Shown here in pieces: positions 37,149 through 48,002 of a stretch of DNA of 64,000 nt. Position 1 is the stretch's first letter. Every line of letters starts with the position of its first letter. The position numbers were made by a program, and so were the translations under genes. The notes below the pieces were generated by a model that saw nothing but the letters and a program-made list of their open reading frames with translations, had not been told where the DNA came from and did no database searches. The DNA is from Tyzzerella sp. (GTDB lineage Bacteria; Bacillota; Clostridia; Lachnospirales; Lachnospiraceae). The stretch is taken from the NCBI GenBank assembly GCA_017465565.1, contig JAFTWA010000046.1, forward strand, positions 1,897-65,896. The letters run 5' to 3'.

Positions 37149-40100
37149 ATGGAAGAGAATAACGTAAAAGTAAAAAAATCGATTAAGATAAAATTAATAG
37201 CGTTAATCACAGTCCTACTCATTTGTGCAGCAGCAGTTGTGGGTGTTTTAGTAGCCCCAAAAGAGGAGGAAGTAGTGAAGACTCCAGAAGAAAATCTGGA
37301 AGAGACGCTTGAAAAAGAGCAGAAGGCTTCTGATGAGGCAACTTTACGAGAACTTCTGGCAAAAGAAGAAGAATTAGTAATTGAAGTGACCGAAGATATT
37401 ATCATTGATAAGATGATTTCTATCAAGGGTACAAAAACACTTACAGGTTCTGGCACTATTAGTATGGAATTGTATGTGGCGCCATATCAATATATGTTTA
37501 CCCTGGAAAAGGGTGGCAATCTGACACTGGATGGCGTAACGGTTGACGGAAATGGTAGTTCGAACTGCTTTAAGGTAGAAAAAACAGCAGAACTCACACT
37601 TTTATCAGGAGAATTAACCTGGGGTTGTCCGACGATTATAGAGTCCTTTGGTGATGTTTACATCAAAGGCGGCAGTATCACCAACGCAGTAGGTACCGGT
37701 GTGTATGTACATAGTGGTGGTAATGCCTATATGACAGCAGGAACAGTTAGAGACTGTGTAGACTGTGGTATTGAGACAGCTGTGGACAGTTATCTGAGCG
37801 TCAGTGAAAAGGCGATGCTCCAGAATAACATGGAATATTTCATATATAGCCGTGGTACCTGTGATATTACGGGTGGTACATTTAGAAATGCACAGAGCGA
37901 TATGGTATATACATCAGGAGTTATGAATGTAAAAGGTACTGCTGATGAAATGCTGGAATGGCATGATATCAAGGGCTGTGGAATCATCGTAGGCAATGGC
38001 GGCGAATTAAATGTAGACCGACTGCACATTCACGATGTAGAAAATCGTGCAATCTCAATGGCGGCAGGAGAAAGTGTGGCCAATGTCAGCAACTGTTTAT
38101 TTGAAAATACAGGCGGCGATGGTGTTTACATCAGAACCGAAATGAATCTGACAAATGTGGAAATTAGAAATGCTGGTCTCAGCGGCATTATGTTGATTCA
38201 GACTGGTAAGGCAACTATCGACAACGTGACAGTTACAGACACTGTGAAGGACGGAATCCAAAACGGCGGTGGTGTGGTAACTGGAAAGAATTTTGTTGTA
38301 AATAATGCAGGTCGTATCGGTGTAAACTGCTACAAACTGAATGATGTGTCAGGTACAGTGGACCTGAAAAATGTAACGGTAAATGGTACAGTAAACAGCA
38401 ACGGTCTTCATGTAGAGACCTCTAAGATGACTGTGTCAAATGTGAAAATTTACAATACAGGCAACGAAGGTGCCCGCATACAAAAGGGCGGTTCTTTGAA
38501 TCTGACAAATGTGGAAGTACATAATGCGAAAGGTCGCAGCATCACAGCTTATGATGAAGGTTCTGTGCTTACACTGAAAAATGTGAAGACCTTTGGAGGG
38601 CAACGTGGAATCGGAGCTTTCGGTGGTGACGTTAAAGCAACCAATGTGTCTATTGACAGCCCAACAGAATACGGCGTGACAGGAAGTAAGAAGAGCGTTG
38701 TAGAGATTACCGATTTGACAATCAAGAATTCGGGTGGAACAGGAGTCAATGCAAATGATGCAAAGATTACTATCACCAATGCAGCCATTGAAGATACAAA
38801 GAAGACGGCTGCAGTCAATGCAGACTATAGTGGAACAATTACTTTAAAGAACGCAGATATTAAATTTGCAGAAGGAATCACAGAGAACATCGATGGTGTG
38901 AAGGCAGTGAGTCCGGCAACCGTGACACTGGAAAATGTAAATATGGTGAATGTGCCTTGGCGCAGTGTATATGCGAATGGAGCAGACGCAAAGATTACAC
39001 TTTCTGATGTTACAACCACAGGTGGAAAACGTGGTATTCAGATTTTTAAAGGCGGTCAGGTAGAAGGTAAAAATATAGCGATTACTTCTCCATCAGAGTA
39101 TGGTATCAGCTGTGGTGACGAGGGAAGTGGATTCAAGCTTACAGATTTGACTGTGACAGAATGTGGAAAGCATGGTGTGAATGTATATGACGGTGCAGTT
39201 GCAACGGTCACAAACGGAACCATCACAAAACCAGCTAACCTTGGAGCATTTGTAGGCAACAAAGGACAGCTTACTTTAAATAATGTTACAATTACAGAAT
39301 CAGCAGCAACCGGATTAATGAATGATAGCGCAACACTGAACGTGAAGGGCGGAAGCGTTACGCTGGCTGGTGCTCATGGTGTTTATACATATAAGGGTGG
39401 ACATACAAATCTGATGGATTTTGAAGTGGTAAATTCTGCAAACCATAACATCAGAGTGGATAATGAAAACTCAAATAATATATTGACAAATGTGAAAACG
39501 ACAGGTGGAAAACGCGGTGTTCAAATCTACAGCGGTGGAAAAGTAGCAGGTAAAACTGTGACTATCACTTCACCAACAGAATATGGTATTGCTTGTGGTG
39601 AAAAAGGAAGCAGCTTTGACATTACAGACTTAACAGTAAACCGCAAGGGAGACACTGGAGTGAGCAGCGGAAGCCATGCCGTAAATGTATATGACGGTGC
39701 AATCGCAACCGTGACAACTGGAAAGCTTATTTATCCAGGCGGTAATGGTGTCAATGTGGACAAAGACGCTGAATTGACCTTGAATAATGTGGATGTCGAA
39801 TACGCAGGCGCTCATGGAGTATATGTACAAAAGGCTAAAGTGAAGCTGACAGGCACAATGAAAATCGAATCGCCAGCAGAGAGAGGAATCATTAATGTTG
39901 GTGGAACTGTGGATGCAAAAGAAGCAACTGTAGACGTAGATAATCCAGGAGCATATGGAGTAGCTACCAATGTCTTTGTGGAAGAAACAGAAGCAGGAAA
40001 TGTTGAAACACCAGGTACAACGACAATTGGTAAGTTGGAAATCGCAAGTGCAGGCGAAGAAAAAGTGTCGTATTCTTCTATGACCGTAAATGGAGCAGGC

Positions 40101-43100
40101 ACTGTAGTAACTGTTTTAGAAGGTAAGATTGAGGATTCATGGAAACATGGAATCAATGTGGAAAATGGAACATTGAATCTGAGTAATTTCAAAATCACAA
40201 ATTCTGGACAACAGAAAGGTGATAAGGAAATATATGATGGTGTACAGGCACAGAAGAACTCGACTGTAAATTTGACAAATGTTGAAATTACAGGCGGCAC
40301 CAATGGTATCAAGGTTCAAGATGGTGGAAAGGTAGTAGACAGTAAAAATGTAAAAATCATTTCACCAGCAACATATGGTATTGAAGCTTGCCGTGAAGGA
40401 AGCAGCTTTGTGATTACAGGTTTGACGATAGAGAAGAGTGGAAGTCATACTTTTAATATTTGGGATAAAGCAGCAGGAACAGTGAATGGTCTCACAGAAG
40501 GAGAAGAAACAACAAAGAGCACCATTACAAATCCAGGTGGCCATGGAGCAAATCTGGATAAGAGTGCAACATTAACCTTAAGTAATGTTGATATTATCTT
40601 TGCAGAAGAAAAAACTGGTAACTTTGATGGAGTTCATTTCAGTCGTTCGGCAAATGTAAATCTGCATAATGTAAAAGTTACTGATGCACCACGCCATGGT
40701 GTACATGTAGATGATGGTGTGAATGATAGTGCTGCATATGGCACAAATGGCAAACTGACATTGACAGGTACATTAGACGTTGTTTCTCCGACAAAGAGAG
40801 GGCTCGCTAACTATGGTGGAACTGTGGATGGAAGTTCAGCAACTGTAACCATCACAAATCCAGGAGAATTTGGTGTTGCAGTGAATGGTGGAAAAACAAG
40901 TACCATTGGAACATTGAATATCAGTGGAGCAAAAGGATATTCCTCTATGACAGTTAATGGAACAGGAACCGTTGTGACTGTTAATGGTGGAAAGATTGAA
41001 AATTCAAAGCAACATGGTCTTAACGTAAATGCGGGTACATTGAATCTGAGCAACTTCGTTGTTCAAGGTTTTGCGCAATATGGTGTAGAAGCGCAGACAA
41101 ATTCTACGATTAAGTTGACTGATGTTCAGATTATTGGCGGAGAACGTGGTATCCGAATTCAGGATGCTGGAAAGGTAATTGAAAGTAAAGATGTAACTAT
41201 TACTTCATCAAGTGTACATGCTATTGAGTGTTGCCGTGAAGGAAGTAACTTCAATATCTCGGGACTAACGGTGCAAAATAGCGGAAATCATGCCCTCAAT
41301 GTCTGGGATAAGGGAACTGGAACAGTTACTGGAATCACAGAAGGAGAAGAAACAACAAAGAGCACCATTACAAACCCAGGCGGACATGGAGCGAATTTGG
41401 ATAAGGGTTCAACGCTTACATTAAACGATGTTGATATTAATTTTGCAGAAGAGAAAACAGGTGCCTTTGATGGTGTTCATTGTAGTCGTTCGGCAAATGT
41501 AAATCTACATAATGTAAAAGTTACTGATGCACCACGCCATGGTGTACATGTAGATGATGGTGTTGATGATAGTGCTGCATATGGAACAAATGGTAAGCTT
41601 ACACTGACAGGTACATTAGATGTTGTTTCACCGAAAGCAAGAGGACTCGCAAATTATGGTGGCAGCATAGACGGAAATACAGCAACTGTAACTATCACAA
41701 ATCCGCAACAGTTTGGTGTTGCAGTAAATGGTGGAAAAACAAGTACAATTGGAACATTGAATATAACAGGTGCAGGACAAAAAGGTGACAGTTATTCATC
41801 TATGACTGTAAATGGAACTGGAACTGTTGTAACTGTTAATGGTGGAAAGATTGAAAATTCATGGAGACATGGACTTAATGTAGAATATGGAACCTTGAAT
41901 TTGAGTAACTTTACAATTAAAGATTCTGGAAAGAAAAATGACGGAAGCGAATATGATGGTGTAAATGCTCAAAAACAATCAACCGTAAACTTAACGAACG
42001 TTACAATTATAGGTGGCGGAAAAGGTATCAATGCCGTTGAAGGAGCAAATGTTACGATTACTGGAGGAAATATTTCAGGTGTGACGGGAACCAATTTATA
42101 TGTTACTTCAAAAGCAGATGACACTTCAAAATCAAATGCTACCATAAATGGAACGCTTACCATGACAGGAGCAAAACGTGGTCTTGCAATTTATAATGGT
42201 TCATCGGTAACGAAAGGTGAGAATGGTGGTAATATTACGATTACTTCTCCGTCGGAGCATGGTGTTAGACTTTACAATAGTGGAAGTAGCTTAAATATAG
42301 ACACGCTGAATGTAACTGGCGGCGGTGTTGGAGTGGAAGTAGCAGACAAAGCACAGGCTACTATCGCAGGCGGAACAATTTCAAACACAACAGGACATGG
42401 TGTGTATGTGAAAACCCAAGCACAGGCTACCATCGCAGGCGGAACAATTTCAAACACGGCAGGACATGGTGTATATATTGAAGGTAGTAATAATGCTACG
42501 TCAACTCCACAATCAAAAGCAACATTAAGTGGTACAACCATTTCTAATGCAGGTACAACTGCTGACCAGCGTGGTATCTTCCTTGAGAAATATGGAGAAG
42601 CAGAGTTGACTAATGTTAATATTAATAACACGAAAAAGGGAGACAACCTGTATCTTTTATCAAATTCAAAGGCAACCATTAACGGAACGCTGACCACACA
42701 GGGTGGTAGACACAGTCTTGCAATTTATGGTGGCTCATCAGTGACCAAGGGTGAAAATGGAGGAACTATTACAATTAATTCTCCAACTAGTGACGGAATT
42801 AGAACTTATAACAGTGGAAGTAGTTTGAATATAACTGTTTTAAATGTGAATAATTGCGGCGCACATGGTCTTGAAATAGGCGAGAATGCACAGGTTACGA
42901 TAGAGGATGTAAATGTTATGGAGCCAGGAAAAAATGGTGTTTACGTTCTCACATCTGGAGTAATGAATTTGACAAAAACTGCTAATGTTCAGGGAGCAGG
43001 AGAGAGAAGTTTTAGAATTGATACTGGAACATTATCAGCATCCAATGCAACGATAAACATTACGTCATCTACACAGTATGCTTTATCAACAAGTGGAACA

Positions 43101-43394
43101 ACAACTGCAACAATAGGAACACTGACCGTGACTGGTGCAGGTGGCTTTGCGGCTGTAAATGCTACTGACACTTCGGCGATAACTATAAATGGTGGAACAA
43201 TAACTGGTGCGACGGGACATGGAGTTAATGCGGCTAAGAGTTCTACTTTGAATCTAACAAACATTGTAATTTCAGGTTCTGCTAATAATGATATAAATGT
43301 AGAGGCCAATACTGCGACTGTCAACTTAACAGGAATGGTAGAAGGAACGCATTATACAAAGACGGGCGGATTCACTGGGAAGATTAATAAATAA
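37149..43394 (+). CDS. Giant (2081 aa) N-terminally anchored right-handed parallel beta-helix repeat protein
   Basis: Single N-terminal hydrophobic helix, then continuous ~23-aa GV/GI..L.NV.I beta-helix rungs to the C-terminus. Confidence 0.85.
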   Translation: MEENNVKVKKSIKIKLIALITVLLICAAAVVGVLVAPKEEEVVKTPEENLEETLEKEQKASDEATLRELLAKEEELVIEVTEDIIIDKMISIKGTKTLTGSGTISMELYVAPYQYMFTLEKGGNLTLDGVTVDGNGSSNCFKVEKTAELTLLSGELTWGCPTIIESFGDVYIKGGSITNAVGTGVYVHSGGNAYMTAGTVRDCVDCGIETAVDSYLSVSEKAMLQNNMEYFIYSRGTCDITGGTFRNAQSDMVYTSGVMNVKGTADEMLEWHDIKGCGIIVGNGGELNVDRLHIHDVENRAISMAAGESVANVSNCLFENTGGDGVYIRTEMNLTNVEIRNAGLSGIMLIQTGKATIDNVTVTDTVKDGIQNGGGVVTGKNFVVNNAGRIGVNCYKLNDVSGTVDLKNVTVNGTVNSNGLHVETSKMTVSNVKIYNTGNEGARIQKGGSLNLTNVEVHNAKGRSITAYDEGSVLTLKNVKTFGGQRGIGAFGGDVKATNVSIDSPTEYGVTGSKKSVVEITDLTIKNSGGTGVNANDAKITITNAAIEDTKKTAAVNADYSGTITLKNADIKFAEGITENIDGVKAVSPATVTLENVNMVNVPWRSVYANGADAKITLSDVTTTGGKRGIQIFKGGQVEGKNIAITSPSEYGISCGDEGSGFKLTDLTVTECGKHGVNVYDGAVATVTNGTITKPANLGAFVGNKGQLTLNNVTITESAATGLMNDSATLNVKGGSVTLAGAHGVYTYKGGHTNLMDFEVVNSANHNIRVDNENSNNILTNVKTTGGKRGVQIYSGGKVAGKTVTITSPTEYGIACGEKGSSFDITDLTVNRKGDTGVSSGSHAVNVYDGAIATVTTGKLIYPGGNGVNVDKDAELTLNNVDVEYAGAHGVYVQKAKVKLTGTMKIESPAERGIINVGGTVDAKEATVDVDNPGAYGVATNVFVEETEAGNVETPGTTTIGKLEIASAGEEKVSYSSMTVNGAGTVVTVLEGKIEDSWKHGINVENGTLNLSNFKITNSGQQKGDKEIYDGVQAQKNSTVNLTNVEITGGTNGIKVQDGGKVVDSKNVKIISPATYGIEACREGSSFVITGLTIEKSGSHTFNIWDKAAGTVNGLTEGEETTKSTITNPGGHGANLDKSATLTLSNVDIIFAEEKTGNFDGVHFSRSANVNLHNVKVTDAPRHGVHVDDGVNDSAAYGTNGKLTLTGTLDVVSPTKRGLANYGGTVDGSSATVTITNPGEFGVAVNGGKTSTIGTLNISGAKGYSSMTVNGTGTVVTVNGGKIENSKQHGLNVNAGTLNLSNFVVQGFAQYGVEAQTNSTIKLTDVQIIGGERGIRIQDAGKVIESKDVTITSSSVHAIECCREGSNFNISGLTVQNSGNHALNVWDKGTGTVTGITEGEETTKSTITNPGGHGANLDKGSTLTLNDVDINFAEEKTGAFDGVHCSRSANVNLHNVKVTDAPRHGVHVDDGVDDSAAYGTNGKLTLTGTLDVVSPKARGLANYGGSIDGNTATVTITNPQQFGVAVNGGKTSTIGTLNITGAGQKGDSYSSMTVNGTGTVVTVNGGKIENSWRHGLNVEYGTLNLSNFTIKDSGKKNDGSEYDGVNAQKQSTVNLTNVTIIGGGKGINAVEGANVTITGGNISGVTGTNLYVTSKADDTSKSNATINGTLTMTGAKRGLAIYNGSSVTKGENGGNITITSPSEHGVRLYNSGSSLNIDTLNVTGGGVGVEVADKAQATIAGGTISNTTGHGVYVKTQAQATIAGGTISNTAGHGVYIEGSNNATSTPQSKATLSGTTISNAGTTADQRGIFLEKYGEAELTNVNINNTKKGDNLYLLSNSKATINGTLTTQGGRHSLAIYGGSSVTKGENGGTITINSPTSDGIRTYNSGSSLNITVLNVNNCGAHGLEIGENAQVTIEDVNVMEPGKNGVYVLTSGVMNLTKTANVQGAGERSFRIDTGTLSASNATINITSSTQYALSTSGTTTATIGTLTVTGAGGFAAVNATDTSAITINGGTITGATGHGVNAAKSSTLNLTNIVISGSANNDINVEANTATVNLTGMVEGTHYTKTGGFTGKINK
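40071..42030 (+). repeat. Intragenic ~850-bp tandem duplication (about 2.3 copies) in the beta-helix gene
   Basis: YSSMTVNG codons at 40071, 40938, 41793; near-identical DNA at 843-bp offset (40501/41344, 40681/41524). Confidence 0.85.
42349..42486 (+). repeat. 69-bp tandem duplication (one beta-helix rung, 23 aa)
   Basis: aagcacaggctacyatcgcaggcggaacaatttcaaacac..caggacatggtgt twice at 69-bp offset. Confidence 0.9.
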
Positions 43395-43446
43395 TTAGGC
43401 AGTATCAAATAATGAACGTATACAAAATGACAGAGAGGATTGTGTA

Positions 43447-45297
43447 ATGACAGAGAATAAAACATTCCCATTTCAACACTACACGACAAAAGAAATAAAA
43501 CCTGAAGGGTGGCTGCGAGGGCAGCTGCTCATCCAGGCGAAAGGTCTTGCAGGAAATTTAGACAAGATGTGGCCGGACGTTCGTGACAGCAGATGGATTG
43601 GTGGAGAAAAAGAAGGCTGGGAGAGAGTTCCTTATTGGCTGGATGGCTTTATACCTCTTGCCTACTTATTAGATGATGAAGATATGAAAGCGCGCGCCAA
43701 GAAGTACATTGATGCGATTTTGGCACAACAAAAAGAAGATGGCTGGATTTGTCCTTGTACAGAGGAAGAGAGAGTCGGCTATGATGTGTGGGCAGTATTC
43801 CTTATCTGTAAGGTTCTTGTTCTGTATTACGAATGTACAGGAGATGAACGTATTGAAGGCACTGTAAAAGGTGCGCTTTACAACCTGCATAAATGGATTT
43901 TCCGCCACACTCTGTTCAATTGGGCAGCGGCAAGATGGTATGAGTGCATGATTTCTATCAACTGGCTCTATGATAGAATTGGAGAAGAATGGCTTGTGGA
44001 ATTGGCTCATACCCTTGCAATGCAGGGTATGGATCACAAAACCTATATCGAGCATTTCACAGACACAGCCTATCGCAGACAGTGGAAACAGACTACGCAT
44101 GTTGTAAATCTTGCAATGGCAATCAAGTCTTATGCAGTGTCAGAAAAATTTATCCATGAAGATGGAAACGCATTTGCAGAACAATTTTTAGCAACCCTGC
44201 AAAAATATCATGGAACCGCTTATGGTTTATTCACAGGAGATGAGTGTCTGGCAGGAACATCACCAACTCAGGGAACAGAGCTTTGCGCCATTGCAGAGGC
44301 AATGTATTCTTACGAGATTTTGTTCGAGACAACAGGCGATAGAAAATGGCTGGAAAGACTGGAAAAGCTGGCGTTTAATGCATTTCCAGCGACCATCAGT
44401 GAAGATATGTGGACCCACCAGTATGTGCAGCAGGTGAATCAGATTTCCTGCAAGATTATGGATAAAGAAAAGAATCCAATATTTAGCACGAATAATCATG
44501 AGGCGCACATTTTCGGCTTGGAGCCAAACTTTGGCTGCTGTACAGCGAATATGGGACAGGGCTTCCCTAAATTTACGTTAAGTACATATTATCACAATGA
44601 AAATGGAATTTATGTGGCGGCAATTGCACCAGCTTCTTTGAAGACAGAAGTAAATAACGTGGGTGTAGAGATTGTTTGCGACACCAATTATCCATTTGAA
44701 GATACCGTGCGTTACAAGGTGTGCTGTGAGAAACCTGTGGAATTTGGACTATTCTTACGTATCCCTGAAAAAGCGAAGAAAGCATGGGTAAACGGAGTAG
44801 AGGTGCAGGCAGGAGAGTTCTACCAAATTCGACAAGTTTGGGAGAAGCAAGAGGTTACGCTAAAATTGGAAATGGAGGCGCAGCTTGTACAGAGACCAAA
44901 CGGGCTGTGGGTTGCAGAAAGAGGAAACCTTATGTTCTCGCTTCCAATTTCATACACAAGTGAAATGCATGAGTATGAAAGAGATGGCGTGGAACGAAAA
45001 TTCCCATACTGTGATTATGAGTTTACCCCAACTTCCGATTGGAATTACGGTTTTGCATCGGGGGAATTGGTATGTGAGAGACAAGAATTCCAAAATGCAT
45101 TTTCGGTAAGCAATCCGCCAATGGTCTTGAAGGCGAAGATGGCAAAGGTTCAGTGGAAAACCAATGATGAGTACCCGGATGTGTGTGCAGAATTCCCAGA
45201 GTCAGGCAAAGCGATTGATATGGTTGAAGAAAAGATATTGTATCCATATGGATGTACGAATCTGAGAATGACAGAAATGCCGATGATAGACAAATAA
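43447..45297 (+). CDS. GH127/GH146-like glycoside hydrolase (beta-L-arabinofuranosidase-like cysteine glycosidase)
   Basis: IKPEGWL, GWERVPYWLDG, HVVN, GDECL..GTELC, LEKLAFNA, FGCCTANM, TNYPF, LRIP, PYGCT.LR. Confidence 0.85.
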   Translation: MTENKTFPFQHYTTKEIKPEGWLRGQLLIQAKGLAGNLDKMWPDVRDSRWIGGEKEGWERVPYWLDGFIPLAYLLDDEDMKARAKKYIDAILAQQKEDGWICPCTEEERVGYDVWAVFLICKVLVLYYECTGDERIEGTVKGALYNLHKWIFRHTLFNWAAARWYECMISINWLYDRIGEEWLVELAHTLAMQGMDHKTYIEHFTDTAYRRQWKQTTHVVNLAMAIKSYAVSEKFIHEDGNAFAEQFLATLQKYHGTAYGLFTGDECLAGTSPTQGTELCAIAEAMYSYEILFETTGDRKWLERLEKLAFNAFPATISEDMWTHQYVQQVNQISCKIMDKEKNPIFSTNNHEAHIFGLEPNFGCCTANMGQGFPKFTLSTYYHNENGIYVAAIAPASLKTEVNNVGVEIVCDTNYPFEDTVRYKVCCEKPVEFGLFLRIPEKAKKAWVNGVEVQAGEFYQIRQVWEKQEVTLKLEMEAQLVQRPNGLWVAERGNLMFSLPISYTSEMHEYERDGVERKFPYCDYEFTPTSDWNYGFASGELVCERQEFQNAFSVSNPPMVLKAKMAKVQWKTNDEYPDVCAEFPESGKAIDMVEEKILYPYGCTNLRMTEMPMIDK

Positions 45298-45307
45298 TAT
45301 AGAATAA

Positions 45308-45340
45308 GTTGCGGGGAGGCGTTTGCTCACCCGCAATTTT
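45308..45340 (+). terminator. Intra-operon hairpin (terminator/processing site)
   Basis: gttgcggg..gag/ctc..cccgcaat followed by ttt. Confidence 0.5.
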
Positions 45341-45359
45341 AGGATAAGAGGAATATTTG

Positions 45360-46772
45360 ATGAATAAAGAAAAAATTAGACTTGCGTATTGTCCTACCCG
45401 ACGTGACGTTTTTAGTCGAGAAGAAGCGATAAGATATAGTGAAATGATTCGTAGTCAATTAGAACAATTTCCAATAGATATTGTAGATTTGACTGGTATT
45501 AATGAAGAAAAATTATTGTATCAGGATTGTGATATTCAAACAATCATTGAACGTTTTTTAGAGACAAAAGTGGATGCGGTATTCTTCCCACATTGTAATT
45601 TTGGTTCAGAAAATCGGGTCGCACAGGTGGCAAAGGCACTTCAGGTACCAGTGCTTCTCTGGGGACCAAGGGATGATGCGCCAGAACAAAACGGGTACAG
45701 AACGAGAGATTCCCAGTGCGGTCTTTTTGCCACAGGGAAGGTGCTCAGAAGATACAACGTTCCATTTACTTATTTGACAAATTCCTGGGTAAACAGTCAG
45801 GAGTTCAAAGATGGTTTTGGACGGTTTCTTGCAACGGTGAATGTGGTAAGGGCGGTAAAGAATCTAAATATTTTGCAGATTTCAACCAGACCAGAGCCGT
45901 TTTGCAGTGTGATTTGCAATGAGAATGAATTGATTGAGCGGTTCAACGTGCATCTCTATCCAATTACACTGAATGATTTGGTGTTAGAAATGAGGCGGGT
46001 GGAGCAGGAAGAAGAAACAGAATTTAAAGAAACCTGTGATTTTATAAGAAGTATCGACAGAGTTGGCGATGAGAACCAGATTCGTAAAGTGGCAGCCTTA
46101 AAGGTTGCTATGAAAAGAAAGGCCAAGGAGTATCGCTGCCGGGCAATTGCAATTCAATGCTGGACATCCTTGCAAGACATGATTGGTATTATGCCTTGTC
46201 ATGCAAATGCGCTGCTCACAGATGAAGGCATTCCAACTGTGTGCGAAACAGACATTCACGGTGCTATTACAGCGGTGATGATGCAGGCGGCAGCTGTGGG
46301 CGGGACTGTTCCATTCTTCGCAGATGTGACCGTAAGACATCCGTACAATGATAATGCAGAACTTTTGTGGCATTGTGGCAACTTCCCACACTCTTTGGCA
46401 AGGGACAAGAAAAAGGCTACTGTGGGAGACAGTGTTTTTCACAATGGTCAATATGGCGTGTGTGACTGGGAACTGAAAGAGGGAGACCTTACTATTGCAA
46501 GATTTGACGGTGACCATGGAAATTATCAGCTTTTGATTGGAGAAGCGCATACAACAGATGGTCCGAAAAATGCAGGAAGCTATGTGTGGATTGAGGTAGA
46601 CAACTGGAAAAAGTGGGAGCACAAAATCGTGGAAGGACCATACATTCACCACGTGTCCTGTATTTATGGAAAGTGTGGAGAGATTCTCCTGGAGGCATGT
46701 AAGTATATTCCAGGGCTTATGGCGGATGCGGTAGAACCAAAGGAAGAGGAACTCCGTGAGAGATGGTATTAG
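45360..46772 (+). CDS. L-fucose/L-arabinose isomerase family protein
   Basis: NFGSE, RDSQCG, AIQCW, CETDIHGA, LWHCGNFP, GPYIHH. Confidence 0.88.
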   Translation: MNKEKIRLAYCPTRRDVFSREEAIRYSEMIRSQLEQFPIDIVDLTGINEEKLLYQDCDIQTIIERFLETKVDAVFFPHCNFGSENRVAQVAKALQVPVLLWGPRDDAPEQNGYRTRDSQCGLFATGKVLRRYNVPFTYLTNSWVNSQEFKDGFGRFLATVNVVRAVKNLNILQISTRPEPFCSVICNENELIERFNVHLYPITLNDLVLEMRRVEQEEETEFKETCDFIRSIDRVGDENQIRKVAALKVAMKRKAKEYRCRAIAIQCWTSLQDMIGIMPCHANALLTDEGIPTVCETDIHGAITAVMMQAAAVGGTVPFFADVTVRHPYNDNAELLWHCGNFPHSLARDKKKATVGDSVFHNGQYGVCDWELKEGDLTIARFDGDHGNYQLLIGEAHTTDGPKNAGSYVWIEVDNWKKWEHKIVEGPYIHHVSCIYGKCGEILLEACKYIPGLMADAVEPKEEELRERWY

Positions 46773-46787
46773 AAGGGAGAATGCAAA

Positions 46788-47972
46788 ATGATAGATGTTA
46801 CCAAGTATGGTGCGGTTGGTGATGGAGTGACAGACTGTTCGCCAGCTATAAAAAAGGCTTTAGAAAATGAGAAAGAACTCCATTTTCCAGCGGGTACATA
46901 TGTAATTACAGAGGAACTATTGATTCCATCTAACCGTCATATATATCTTGATAAGGATGCTGTTATATTTGCCGCTGACCATTGTTTCGACAAAGAAGGT
47001 GTGAGGGCAGTTATCACCAATGCAGACCACGTGAATGGCAATGAAAACATTATTATCGAAGGTGGAAAGGTGGATGCGAATAATGTTCACAATGGGCGTG
47101 CCCACTGGAAATATGGGCCTAACTGGGGACTCACTTTCTGTTTTATGAGGGTAAAAAATCTCACTGTGAAAAATTTGATTTCTCACAATGCAGAATCTTA
47201 TAATTTTCGTTTGAATCGTGTGGAAGATTTCCTGATTGAGGGGATTACCTTCACTGCTACGCATTTCAAGAAATGTCAAGACGGGGTTCATCTGGAAGGG
47301 TTCTGTCACCGGGGTGTAATTCGGGATATCAGAGGAGAATATGGCTGTACCAATGATGATATCATTGCCTTTACTGCAGATGAAGCAGTGGATGCCTATG
47401 CCCATTGTATGGGTGTGGAGGATGGACCAATTTCCGACATTCTTGTGGAAAATGTATATGCGGAAAACTGCTGGTCTGCCGTGCGTCTTCTTTCGGTAGA
47501 ACAGGAAATCAGCAACGTGACCATCCGAAATCTGTCAGCAGGTGTGCGCTGCCATGGCCTGAATCTAGACGGTTCTCGGCACACGGCAGATCCTGTTTTT
47601 AAGGAAGAAAACTATCCTAATGGCATCGGGAAATTAAAAAATATCGTATTTGAAAATGTCACTTTATGGCGCGCGGATAAGACATGGAAAGAAGAGGTGT
47701 TGGAGAAACAGGGGAACTGTTCTCTCACAGTAGAATCCTTTCCTATCCGTTTGGATTCTCCTCATTTTAATATTTGGGAGACCAAGGGGGATATTATAAT
47801 TAAAAATCTGAGGCGTGAGCGAGAAAAAGATTGTAATTCATCCTCGAAATTCCTGCGATTTAAACATTTACACAATACTGCCGTTACGATAAATGGGGAA
47901 ACGCTTACGATGCAGGGTGAGGAAAGATATATAGACGGAGATAAATTTGATATCACTATCAGAAGTTATTAG
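46788..47972 (+). CDS. Pectin-lyase-fold (GH28-like / Pectate_lyase_3) cytoplasmic beta-helix enzyme
   Basis: DVTKYGAVGDGVTD, FPAGTY, QDGVHL, TNDDIIA; no signal peptide. Confidence 0.8.
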   Translation: MIDVTKYGAVGDGVTDCSPAIKKALENEKELHFPAGTYVITEELLIPSNRHIYLDKDAVIFAADHCFDKEGVRAVITNADHVNGNENIIIEGGKVDANNVHNGRAHWKYGPNWGLTFCFMRVKNLTVKNLISHNAESYNFRLNRVEDFLIEGITFTATHFKKCQDGVHLEGFCHRGVIRDIRGEYGCTNDDIIAFTADEAVDAYAHCMGVEDGPISDILVENVYAENCWSAVRLLSVEQEISNVTIRNLSAGVRCHGLNLDGSRHTADPVFKEENYPNGIGKLKNIVFENVTLWRADKTWKEEVLEKQGNCSLTVESFPIRLDSPHFNIWETKGDIIIKNLRREREKDCNSSSKFLRFKHLHNTAVTINGETLTMQGEERYIDGDKFDITIRSY

Positions 47973-48002
47973 GACATTTCATAAAAAGAGGAGAGAAAAC
48001 AG

